The notes beneath the pieces are model-generated. The model did no database searches and had not been told where the DNA came from. It saw nothing but the letters and a program-made list of their open reading frames with translations. Both the position numbers and the translations under genes were made by a program. A stretch of DNA of 64,000 bases from an uncultured Gammaproteobacteria bacterium (lineage in GTDB: Bacteria; Patescibacteriota; Microgenomatia; Levybacterales; GWA1-39-11): contig CAYVKP010000001.1 of the NCBI GenBank assembly GCA_964452165.1, forward strand, positions 204,110-268,109. Reading direction: 5' to 3'. Positions within the stretch are counted from its first letter, which is position 1, and every line of letters starts with the position of its first letter. Below are positions 30,200 to 37,501 of the stretch, piece after piece.

Positions 30200-30961
30200 A
30201 TGAAAAAGTTTCTTGGAGTGATACTCGGATTTTTCCTCGTCCTCACAATTGTTTTTGCAGTCTCAGCGCAAAGTTCAAACGCAAATATTCCTGATCGCGA
30301 CGGTGATTTTCCGGATCCTGACCACCCCGGAATTCGCGTTCGCGTATTTGTGCACAATCCAAAAGATGCACGAGGATCATCAGACCTTACGCCCGCTACT
30401 TGTTCCCCAGATAATGACTCTGCAACCGTAGATGGTGTTACAGGGTGGAAACTTCCTTCAACAAATTGGAATTACAGAGTAAATAGCGCAAGTGCTCCAT
30501 CTGGAGTCGGAGGAAATGCCGTTACGATTACAAATAATGCTTTCGCAGCTTGGACAGGCGCTTTATCTCCCGCTTCAAGCAAGCCGACATTTTCATACGC
30601 AGGACCAACGTCTGTCAATAAAAACGTTTACGACGGACAGAACATAGTTGCTTGGGGACACACATCAGGTAGCGCTCTGGCCGTAACTTACACAAGATAC
30701 AATCAATCAACCGGGGTTGTTGTTGACGTTGACACAATTTTTAATAGCAAGTTTGCGTGGACATGGAATACATGCTCGGCAAGTGCTTATGATGCCCAGG
30801 ATATCTTGACGCACGAACTAGGACACTGGATGGGACTGGACGACAACTACGCGGCAAGTTTTGCGGATAACACAATGTATGGTTACGGGGCAAAAGCCGA
30901 GAACAAAAAGGACACTCCTGCAACAGGCGATAAAAACGCCCTCCTCACAATTTATCATTAA
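30200..30961 (+). CDS. Secreted matrixin-like (M10) metzincin metalloprotease
   Basis: THELGHWMGLDD zinc motif, Met-turn NTMY, signal peptide. Confidence 0.85.
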   Translation: MKKFLGVILGFFLVLTIVFAVSAQSSNANIPDRDGDFPDPDHPGIRVRVFVHNPKDARGSSDLTPATCSPDNDSATVDGVTGWKLPSTNWNYRVNSASAPSGVGGNAVTITNNAFAAWTGALSPASSKPTFSYAGPTSVNKNVYDGQNIVAWGHTSGSALAVTYTRYNQSTGVVVDVDTIFNSKFAWTWNTCSASAYDAQDILTHELGHWMGLDDNYAASFADNTMYGYGAKAENKKDTPATGDKNALLTIYH

Positions 30962-30991
30962 TTGTACTGGTAGAATTTTGCTTCATAACGA

Positions 30992-31096
30992 AAAAAAGCC
31001 CGAAAGAAATAGTTGTTGATGAATGCGTTATGAAAACGCGGAGAACAGCGCACGCTGCTCAAATTCACCAACCGTTCAATCAGTCGGGCTCTTTTT
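30992..31096. terminator. Branched, probably bidirectional terminator-like structure
   Basis: aaaaaagcccga...tcgggctcttttt outer stem with inner gttgatgaat/attcaccaac, gcgtt/aacgc, cagcg/cgctg stems. Confidence 0.6.
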
Positions 31097-31168
31097 CTTG
31101 CCTTCACTTCGGGCGGCTACAACTTTTTAGGCTGCGCTTTGCTCGAAGTTATTCGATTGTTTGTGAGA

Positions 31169-31447
31169 TCAGTAGATGTTATCTCGACAGATCTCGTCTT
31201 TGCCGGCTAGGATTAGCGCGCCTACTTCCTCTTGGCGGTCTGATCCCTTGTGTTCAATCTCGGTCAACCTAACGTAGATGCTGGCCGAAGTCACTCGAGG
31301 GTCGTCTTCAATGACGGCTATTGCTAGTAGCGCGTTCTTGTCCATGCCGGTCGAAATGGTTACGATATCTCCTCGCCGGAGAATGTGGAGACAATCTCCA
31401 ACTCGTTCCAGTGAAGGAAAGGGTGCTGTCACCCAGGGAGATGCCAT
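31169..31447 (-). CDS. Hypothetical protein (island gene 7)
   Basis: AAGGAG SD plus ATG; 92 aa. Confidence 0.7.
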   Translation of the reverse strand: MASPWVTAPFPSLERVGDCLHILRRGDIVTISTGMDKNALLAIAVIEDDPRVTSASIYVRLTEIEHKGSDRQEEVGALILAGKDEICRDNIY

Positions 31448-31486
31448 AGCTTGCTCCTTCCGAAGCTTGTGGCGCGCTGGCCGTTA

Positions 31487-31831
31487 CTAGAGATACAGTT
31501 CAACCGCTCTCTGATGAGAGTGGTCGGGAACGAACGTACCTGCGACGCGGGGGGGTGCCGGCGCAAAATAGTCGATCTGGTACATGTTGGAACATGACAG
31601 GTAGGTGATGCCGCAAAGCACACCTGATTTGTCAGCTCTTCTAAGCCAGAGTGTTTGATCAGGCCAGACTTCGGCTGTGATGACGAAGTCAGCAAGTTCA
31701 CTACCACTATCAAGCATGGCACCATCGTTGGTGACAAAACCGAGGATCTCGTCTTCGGGGACCTGGAAGTGTTCACAGATCGCCTCAATGAGCTCAAGGG
31801 TCATGTCTACGTCGTTCGTTGTCCTGTACAT
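31487..31831 (-). CDS. Hypothetical acidic protein (island gene 6)
   Basis: AAGGA SD plus ATG; 114 aa. Confidence 0.7.
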   Translation of the reverse strand: MYRTTNDVDMTLELIEAICEHFQVPEDEILGFVTNDGAMLDSGSELADFVITAEVWPDQTLWLRRADKSGVLCGITYLSCSNMYQIDYFAPAPPRVAGTFVPDHSHQRAVELYL

Positions 31832-31958
31832 TGGCTTTCCTTCTCATGGGGATAATCATCCAGCTTAGCCACTGCTGAATGATGGCGGGGCTTGATTAGG
31901 CGACGGGGTACCCAATCAGGTCATTCGTAACTCCTTTCTGATGTTCGTCGTCACGAAC

Positions 31959-32156
31959 TTATCGGGAAACGTCCCAGTCTGGGTTGTTTCCACCAGCAAT
32001 ACGCCCATGTTTATGGGAAATCTTGCAGGCTGAGCAGAGCGTTATTGTCTCTCCGTAGATCTCTGAGCACTCCTTACACACGTTAGTTGTCTTGTTCCCG
32101 CAGAATGTGCAGAAGTACACACGCGGAATCAATCCGAAGAGTGGCATCAGGTTCAC
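31959..32156 (-). CDS. Small Cys/His zinc-finger protein, B-box-like (island gene 5)
   Basis: CTFC-x7-CKEC-x10-CSAC-x3-H; AGGA SD plus GTG. Confidence 0.65.
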   Translation of the reverse strand: MNLMPLFGLIPRVYFCTFCGNKTTNVCKECSEIYGETITLCSACKISHKHGRIAGGNNPDWDVSR

Positions 32157-32183
32157 TTCCTGTCTGGTGAAGGCGCGCCTTCG

Positions 32184-32729
32184 TTACTCAGTGGCTGTGT
32201 TGCCCTGGTAGACGTTGTAGTGCTCGGTGGCCTTGATAAACTTATCACCGGCAGACGGACCTTGCGGGCACCTGTGCACAATGATGAGCTGGCCGCTCTT
32301 GTGACAATCCCGTGCATCCCGGCGAGTCAAACTTGTACTCCAGGTGCAGTGGATTGCGTCACAGTCACACTCCTTCTCGACCTCCTGCGAGAGGAAATCG
32401 TTAATCAGCGCTGTGCTGATGAAGCCTCCACCGTCGTCCTCGATGAGTCGCCAGAATTCTCTGCAAGCATCATCGTGGTCGAAACAGTAACCGAAGTAGA
32501 AGAGTACTTCAACATTCGCGTCGGCTGGACTAGTTTCGTATTTGATTTCGGCCTCATCGAGCATTGCTCGAATTCCTTCAGCCGAAACTTGGTTCGCCGT
32601 AAGTCTGAGGCAGTTGTAAGTGCCCATGGGTATTTCCGAAGCATCGTGACAGAGGAAGCATTTCATTTCCCCGTCCCATATGTACTCCGGATACACCAGT
32701 AGTTCGCCCTCTGCGAATCTTCGTGCCAT
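32184..32729 (-). CDS. Cys/His-rich acidic hypothetical protein (island gene 4)
   Basis: GGGAGGAG SD; CFLCH, CDCDAIHC, HRC. Confidence 0.7.
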   Translation of the reverse strand: MARRFAEGELLVYPEYIWDGEMKCFLCHDASEIPMGTYNCLRLTANQVSAEGIRAMLDEAEIKYETSPADANVEVLFYFGYCFDHDDACREFWRLIEDDGGGFISTALINDFLSQEVEKECDCDAIHCTWSTSLTRRDARDCHKSGQLIIVHRCPQGPSAGDKFIKATEHYNVYQGNTATE

Positions 32730-32777
32730 CGTGGCTACTCCTCCCTATGAAGGCGCGCTGGCCCCCGTTACCTGCCG

Positions 32778-33320
32778 TTACTTGACGCTGAAGAACGCCC
32801 AGAGGATGTCTCCGAAGCGATGCGCGCATCTAACGTTAATGCACTCACCAGGTGACATCTTCGCGGCGATGTCTGCGTCCGTCGAGATCTGGTAGAAGAG
32901 CTTGTACTCGCCGGGTTTGACGGGTACCTTGAGTGGAATCGTAATGTTGCCCTTTCCACCTGGCTTAAGCGCCGGGACAGACACAGAGGCGTCCGAGATC
33001 TGCTTGAGATCTGGTTTACTTCCGTCAGTCGCGGCCGATTCGCCATAGACGCGGACGAGCTTGTAGTCGCCGGTCCAGGTTGTTGTGCCGCAATTGGTCA
33101 CTTCCCAGACTTTGTCTTGGGTTGATCCCGCTGCCAGCGTCTGCCACTTGTCGGGAGTGTCCTCGATGGTGACATCCCTGACGAACTTCATGCAGTCCTC
33201 GAGCTTGGCGGTCGCAGAGGATGTTGGTTTGTCTTTGGGACTGTACCATGCAGCCCACGCAACAACAACTCCCAAGATACATAGAAGCAGGAGAGTTACG
33301 ACAGTCTGCTGCCTGATCAT
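32778..33320 (-). CDS. Membrane-anchored NBR1-FW (Ig-like) domain protein (island gene 3)
   Basis: FVRDVTIED..KVWEVTNCGTTTW..PGEYKLFYQ..FGDILW pattern; N-terminal TM; AAAGGAG SD. Confidence 0.75.
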   Translation of the reverse strand: MIRQQTVVTLLLLCILGVVVAWAAWYSPKDKPTSSATAKLEDCMKFVRDVTIEDTPDKWQTLAAGSTQDKVWEVTNCGTTTWTGDYKLVRVYGESAATDGSKPDLKQISDASVSVPALKPGGKGNITIPLKVPVKPGEYKLFYQISTDADIAAKMSPGECINVRCAHRFGDILWAFFSVK

Positions 33321-33362
33321 CTTGTTGCTCCTTTCGAGCAGACTCGTGAGACCCGCGTCTCG

Positions 33363-33947
33363 TTACCCTCCGAATAGCACGGTGGCGGAGAAGAGGTCTC
33401 CACGCTGGAGAACTCTTCTGGATATTGCCTGTACATCTTCGCCGTTGAGGCGGCAGTTGCCCAGGCCGAACTCAAGTCCGAGTTCCTTAGTAAGATGCTT
33501 GACCAGTTCGTTGACGGTTTTGCCTGCGTAGGGCACCATCAAGGGGTCAAACGGTTGATCGCCGATGTCAAGTGTGACCACGATGTCGTTGGGGCCGGTA
33601 GACCGCAATATGGTCACTTCTTTTCTCAAATCGGCGACGGCTTGCTCGCGCTCTTCAGGCGAAAGGTTGTTCGCGGGTTTGCGCTCAACGCTCATATTGA
33701 AGTACGGCAGCACTTCACCGAGCTCCTCATTACCAGGGACGTCCTCGCCTCGCGAGGTGAAAGTCATGGTTCCAGCCAGACGCACAGAGTAGGCACCACC
33801 GCGGACAATCATGTCCTCGGTTACTTCTAGGGTGTCTCCGGCTTCTGGAATCTTGTCAACCCGCAGGACGGCGCTGTATATGTTGGCGCCTATTGCGATG
33901 TAGACAGGTTTCTTTTCAGGTTGATGACGTTTTCCGAACAGTTTCAC
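33363..33947 (-). CDS. Protein with C-terminal beta-grasp ubiquitin/MoaD/ThiS-like domain ending GG (island gene 2)
   Basis: GKTVNELVKHL...CRLNGEDV...LQRGDLFSATVLFGG*; GGAGGT SD plus GTG. Confidence 0.7.
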   Translation of the reverse strand: MKLFGKRHQPEKKPVYIAIGANIYSAVLRVDKIPEAGDTLEVTEDMIVRGGAYSVRLAGTMTFTSRGEDVPGNEELGEVLPYFNMSVERKPANNLSPEEREQAVADLRKEVTILRSTGPNDIVVTLDIGDQPFDPLMVPYAGKTVNELVKHLTKELGLEFGLGNCRLNGEDVQAISRRVLQRGDLFSATVLFGG

Positions 33948-33959
33948 TTCCGACCTCCG

Positions 33960-34289
33960 TTACTTGTTGAGAGTTGCGACCCACTTGATAGTGACGCCGC
34001 GGTTGGTGTCGGGGAATACGGTTACCCGGTTTTCCTCGATAAGAATTCGCCAACCGAATTTGTACTGCCATGCGCCGGCCAAGTCGTGGACCGTGAATGC
34101 AGTATTGTCCTTGCCTCCCATCACAACGTATGGGGGAAAGAGTCGTCTGTGTTCATCGCGAAGATTGCTCACGTCGTCGTGGAACGACTCAAACGTGAAC
34201 TCTCCAAGCCCGAACACTTGTTGGAAGCGGTTAGCATACCTCGGAGCGTTCTCCGGGGTGAGAACTATACCTTGTGCTTGGGTTGTCAT
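33960..34289 (-). CDS. Hypothetical protein (island gene 1)
   Basis: GGAGGAGGAG SD plus ATG; 109 aa. Confidence 0.75.
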   Translation of the reverse strand: MTTQAQGIVLTPENAPRYANRFQQVFGLGEFTFESFHDDVSNLRDEHRRLFPPYVVMGGKDNTAFTVHDLAGAWQYKFGWRILIEENRVTVFPDTNRGVTIKWVATLNK

Positions 34290-34459
34290 GTCTCCTCCTC
34301 CATCTTTCTTTCCAGCTTATGCTGATGAATTTAGTTTCGTATCACATAAGTGACACACCGGATACAACAATTGACAGTTAACAATTAACAAAATTGACAA
34401 CAGACAAAAATTATATGCAGAGCGTCACCTACGTGACAAAGTTTTTACAAACAATCGAA

Positions 34460-34472
34460 TTGTCAAAGTGCA
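34460..34472 (-). promoter_or_regulatory. boxA-like antitermination motif in island leader
   Basis: TGCACTTTGACAA versus E. coli rrn boxA TGCTCTTTAACAA, about 70 nt downstream of a TGnTATAAT promoter. Confidence 0.55.
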
Positions 34473-34547
34473 AGAAAAATTAAAAATTGCAACCAAGACA
34501 AAAAACAGGCATGCAAATCGCCCGAAATTGTTCCTGAATGTAAGGCG

Positions 34548-34556
34548 ATTATAACA
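34548..34556 (-). promoter_or_regulatory. Extended -10 promoter of the island
   Basis: TGTTATAAT on the minus strand. Confidence 0.55.
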
Positions 34557-34623
34557 CAGATGAGGCTATTCGACTATATTATAGGCTTAGCAATTTAGTA
34601 TTCGGATATACGTGTCGTTTGGG

Positions 34624-34652
34624 TTGACGCAAGCCTCAACTTCTGTTAAAAT
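34624..34652 (+). promoter_or_regulatory. nusA operon promoter
   Basis: TTGACG-17 bp-TAAAAT with TG extension. Confidence 0.65.
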
Positions 34653-34678
34653 GATTTCGGTTTAGGTAGAGAAATTCG

Positions 34679-34703
34679 GGTGGTATACAAACCACCTTTT
34701 TTT
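34679..34703 (+). terminator. Leader terminator/attenuator upstream of nusA
   Basis: ggtggt-atacaa-accacc followed by T7, between promoter and nusA ATG. Confidence 0.65.
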
Positions 34704-34741
34704 ATACGTGATACTTAATACCAGATACAAAATACAAATTT

Positions 34742-36001
34742 ATGGCAGCAGTAGTTCAAAGATCAGAATTTGCGTTAGCATTAAATCAAATAGCCTCCGA
34801 GCGAGGAGTTGACCCCCAAGTGGTACTTGATACCATGAAAGGCGCAATAGTTGCCGCCTACCGTAAAGATAATCCAATAACTGATGAAGAGGCAGAAGCC
34901 TACAGCGCCGAACTTAATGAAAACACGGGTGAAACAAAAATCTTAAAAGATGGAAAAGACGTTACTCCTCCGGGATTTGGAAGAATCGCAGCACAAACCG
35001 CCAAACAAGTTCTCTTGCAGAAAATCCGCGAGAAAGAAAAAGATGCAGTAATCGCAGAGTACACAAAAAGAATCGGCACCGTTGTAAACGGCATGATTCT
35101 AAGATTTATCGGTCCAAATATCATTGTCGATATAGGAAAAGCGGAGGCTGTAATTGAACCAGCGGACAAAATTCAAAATGAGCAATACTTCCTCAATAAA
35201 AAAATGCCAGTTTATATTCGTGGTATTGATGAAGAGAAGCGAGACATAATGGTTTCTCGCTCGAGTAATGGTTTGATCGAAGGCCTACTCAAGCGTGAAG
35301 TTCCGGAGGTAAATTCAGGATCCGTAACAATCAAAAAAGTAGTCCGAGAGCCGGGAAACCGCGCAAAAATCGCAGTTTATTCAGAACAATCCGGAATTGA
35401 TCCGGTCGGCTCTTGCGTAGGACAAAAGGGAGTCAGAATTCAAGCCGTAATTGATGCGATTGATGGTCTTGAGAAGATCGACGTGATTCAGTGGAGTCCG
35501 GATCCGGTTAAATTCATCACAAACGCGCTTTCTCCCGCAAAAAACCTTGTTGTTGAGATAGATGAGAAAAACAAAATGGCAAAAGTCCGCGCACCTCGTG
35601 AGGAATTACCTTTGATAATCGGGCGAGAAGGACAAAACGTTCGTTTGGCCTCAAAATTGACAGAATATAATATTGAAGTTGAAGGCGATGAGTCAATGTC
35701 TATGCCGGAAGAAGCAAAAAAACCTGAAGTTGCAACCGCTCCAAAAGAAGAAGTAAAAGCTGAAGAAAAACCAACTGAAGAGACAGGGACAAATGAGAAA
35801 AAAGAAGAGGTCGCAGCAGCAGAAAATCCCGCACCCGCAGCCTCAGCTCCAGCAGATCGGCCCTCGGAATCAACCGAGAAAAAAGATGCAGAAGCCGAGA
35901 AGACTGACGAGACGGTTCCAACAGAAACTTCCCAAACAGATACCAATCAGCCTGGGGCTGCGCAAGACGCAACACCGGCCGAAGAAATAAAATCTGAGTA
36001 A
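34742..36001 (+). CDS. nusA: Transcription factor NusA with acidic disordered tail
   Basis: FGRIAAQTAKQV, REPGNRAKIAV, DPVGSCVG, IGREGQNVRLASKLT. Confidence 0.97.
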   Translation: MAAVVQRSEFALALNQIASERGVDPQVVLDTMKGAIVAAYRKDNPITDEEAEAYSAELNENTGETKILKDGKDVTPPGFGRIAAQTAKQVLLQKIREKEKDAVIAEYTKRIGTVVNGMILRFIGPNIIVDIGKAEAVIEPADKIQNEQYFLNKKMPVYIRGIDEEKRDIMVSRSSNGLIEGLLKREVPEVNSGSVTIKKVVREPGNRAKIAVYSEQSGIDPVGSCVGQKGVRIQAVIDAIDGLEKIDVIQWSPDPVKFITNALSPAKNLVVEIDEKNKMAKVRAPREELPLIIGREGQNVRLASKLTEYNIEVEGDESMSMPEEAKKPEVATAPKEEVKAEEKPTEETGTNEKKEEVAAAENPAPAASAPADRPSESTEKKDAEAEKTDETVPTETSQTDTNQPGAAQDATPAEEIKSE

Positions 36002-36029
36002 TTATGGGAAGTCTGAATTTTTATAAAAA

Positions 36030-37493
36030 ATGGATAAAGACTCGCAAAAACAAAATTTTCCGCCGGTTGTTTCGGTCTTAGGTCACGTTGACCACGGAAA
36101 AACCTCACTCCTCGATAAAATTCGTGAAACCTCAGTTGCTACCCGGGAGAAGGGCGGAATTACACAAAAAATAGGTGCCTCAGAAATTGAAATTGACCAC
36201 GAGGGACAAAAACGAAAAATTACTTTTATTGATACACCCGGGCATGAGGCGTTTGCCAATATGCGCTCTCAGGGAGTAAATGCTGCAGATATAGTTCTTC
36301 TAATAGTTGCTGCAGATGATGGTGTAATGCCGCAAACTCGAGAATCAATTCAAAAAATAATCGACGCCAAAATTCCTTATATCGTAGTATTTACAAAAAT
36401 AGATATTGATGGGGTAAGTATTGAACGCGCAAAGCAGAGCGTTGCCAAAGAGGGAATTTTACTCGAAGGTCTTGGAGGAGAAGTTCCATATGTGGGGGTT
36501 TCGAGCAAAACAGGGGAGAAGGTCAAGGATCTACTTGATTTAATAGTTTTAGTTTATGATCTCTCTGGCGTAAAAAAGGACTCAAGCGCACCCTTCATGG
36601 GAGTTGTAATTGACGCCAAGCGCGATTCACGCCGTGGAATTGTTGCAACGCTTGTAATAAAGTCTGGGAAGATTGAAGTTGGGAATAAATTATATACACA
36701 TGGAAAAGAGGCCGGTAAAGTAAGGGCGATGCTTGATACAACGGGCAAGAATGTAAAAATGGCCACAATTGGTGCTGCAGTAGAGCTTCTGGGGTTAGCT
36801 GAAGTTTTGCCCGCGGGTAGTGTTCTTTTCGACCGAGAAACAGAACCGGTAGTGGTACCGGATAACAAGCCGGTACCTACCGAACCTCAAGATTTGATGG
36901 CGTTTTTGAGTGCTGTTCAGCCTGACTTTATTCCTATAATTCTAAAGACTCAGTCAAGTGCTGAGCTTGAAGCTATTAAAAATTCGTTACCTGAATCGGT
37001 AAAGATTATTTTTGAGGGTCTCGGGGAAGTTGGAGTTGCAGATATACTTATGGCAAAAGACTTTCATGCGTTGGTTCTGGCGTTCAACGTAGACGCTACA
37101 AAAGAGGCAAAGACGCTGGCCGAATCAGAAAAAGTATTTTTTAAGTCCTACGAAATCATATATCAAATGCTTGATGAGATTGAGCTGCTTCTTGGAGCCG
37201 TGGCTGAGCCTGCGGAAAAGGTGATCGGGCAAGGCAAGATACAGGCATCATTTCTAGGTACGACAGGCACAATAATCGGCTTGAAGGTCACCGAGGGTAG
37301 ACTGGCCGTAGGCGATAAAATCAAAATCATGCGTAGTGAGCGTGAGATGGGCACGGCTGAAATCACCTCAATCAGGCACGGTAAGGAAGACGTGAAGCTC
37401 GTTTCGAAGAATACGGAATGTGGAATAATGATTAAGCCTGACGTTGACTTTGCCCCTCAAGATGATATAATAGCCTATAGCAAAAAACAATAG
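36030..37493 (+). CDS. infB: Translation initiation factor IF-2 (short, no N-terminal region)
   Basis: GHVDHGKTSLLD, GGITQKIGA, DTPGHEAF, ECGI. Confidence 0.95.
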   Translation: MDKDSQKQNFPPVVSVLGHVDHGKTSLLDKIRETSVATREKGGITQKIGASEIEIDHEGQKRKITFIDTPGHEAFANMRSQGVNAADIVLLIVAADDGVMPQTRESIQKIIDAKIPYIVVFTKIDIDGVSIERAKQSVAKEGILLEGLGGEVPYVGVSSKTGEKVKDLLDLIVLVYDLSGVKKDSSAPFMGVVIDAKRDSRRGIVATLVIKSGKIEVGNKLYTHGKEAGKVRAMLDTTGKNVKMATIGAAVELLGLAEVLPAGSVLFDRETEPVVVPDNKPVPTEPQDLMAFLSAVQPDFIPIILKTQSSAELEAIKNSLPESVKIIFEGLGEVGVADILMAKDFHALVLAFNVDATKEAKTLAESEKVFFKSYEIIYQMLDEIELLLGAVAEPAEKVIGQGKIQASFLGTTGTIIGLKVTEGRLAVGDKIKIMRSEREMGTAEITSIRHGKEDVKLVSKNTECGIMIKPDVDFAPQDDIIAYSKKQ

Positions 37494-37501
37494 GTTGTTT
37501 T

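Larger units (their letters stand above)
31106..34553 (-). other. GC-rich orphan-gene operon enclosed by complementary leader and trailer
   Basis: Seven co-oriented ORFs, higher GC than flanks, nested inverted repeats between 31106-31164 and 34447-34528. Confidence 0.75.

Noticed and set aside
31916-31924. TGA recoding (genetic code 25) in the island
   Set aside because: TGA is used as a normal stop elsewhere (4593, 31169), and read-through would give only 19 aa
31169-34289. Integron cassette array
   Set aside because: Spacers are mostly 12-50 bp, lack paired RYYYAAC/GTTRRRY boxes, and no intI tyrosine recombinase is present
34316-34350. Hammerhead ribozyme (CTGATGA)
   Set aside because: No GAAA core on the same strand; reads as a simple cttatg/cataag hairpin
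32220-34353. Plus-strand ORFs (111-160 aa) over the island
   Set aside because: Antisense shadows of SD-led minus-strand genes; long open frames are expected at higher GC
34362-34410. Short AACAATT/TTGACA-like repeats as iterons or CRISPR
   Set aside because: Irregular low-complexity repeats with no constant repeat-spacer period
31106-34528. Transposon or prophage with terminal inverted repeats
   Set aside because: No transposase, integrase or structural genes, no target duplication seen, and mismatches are strand-specific G-U compatible; not fully excluded
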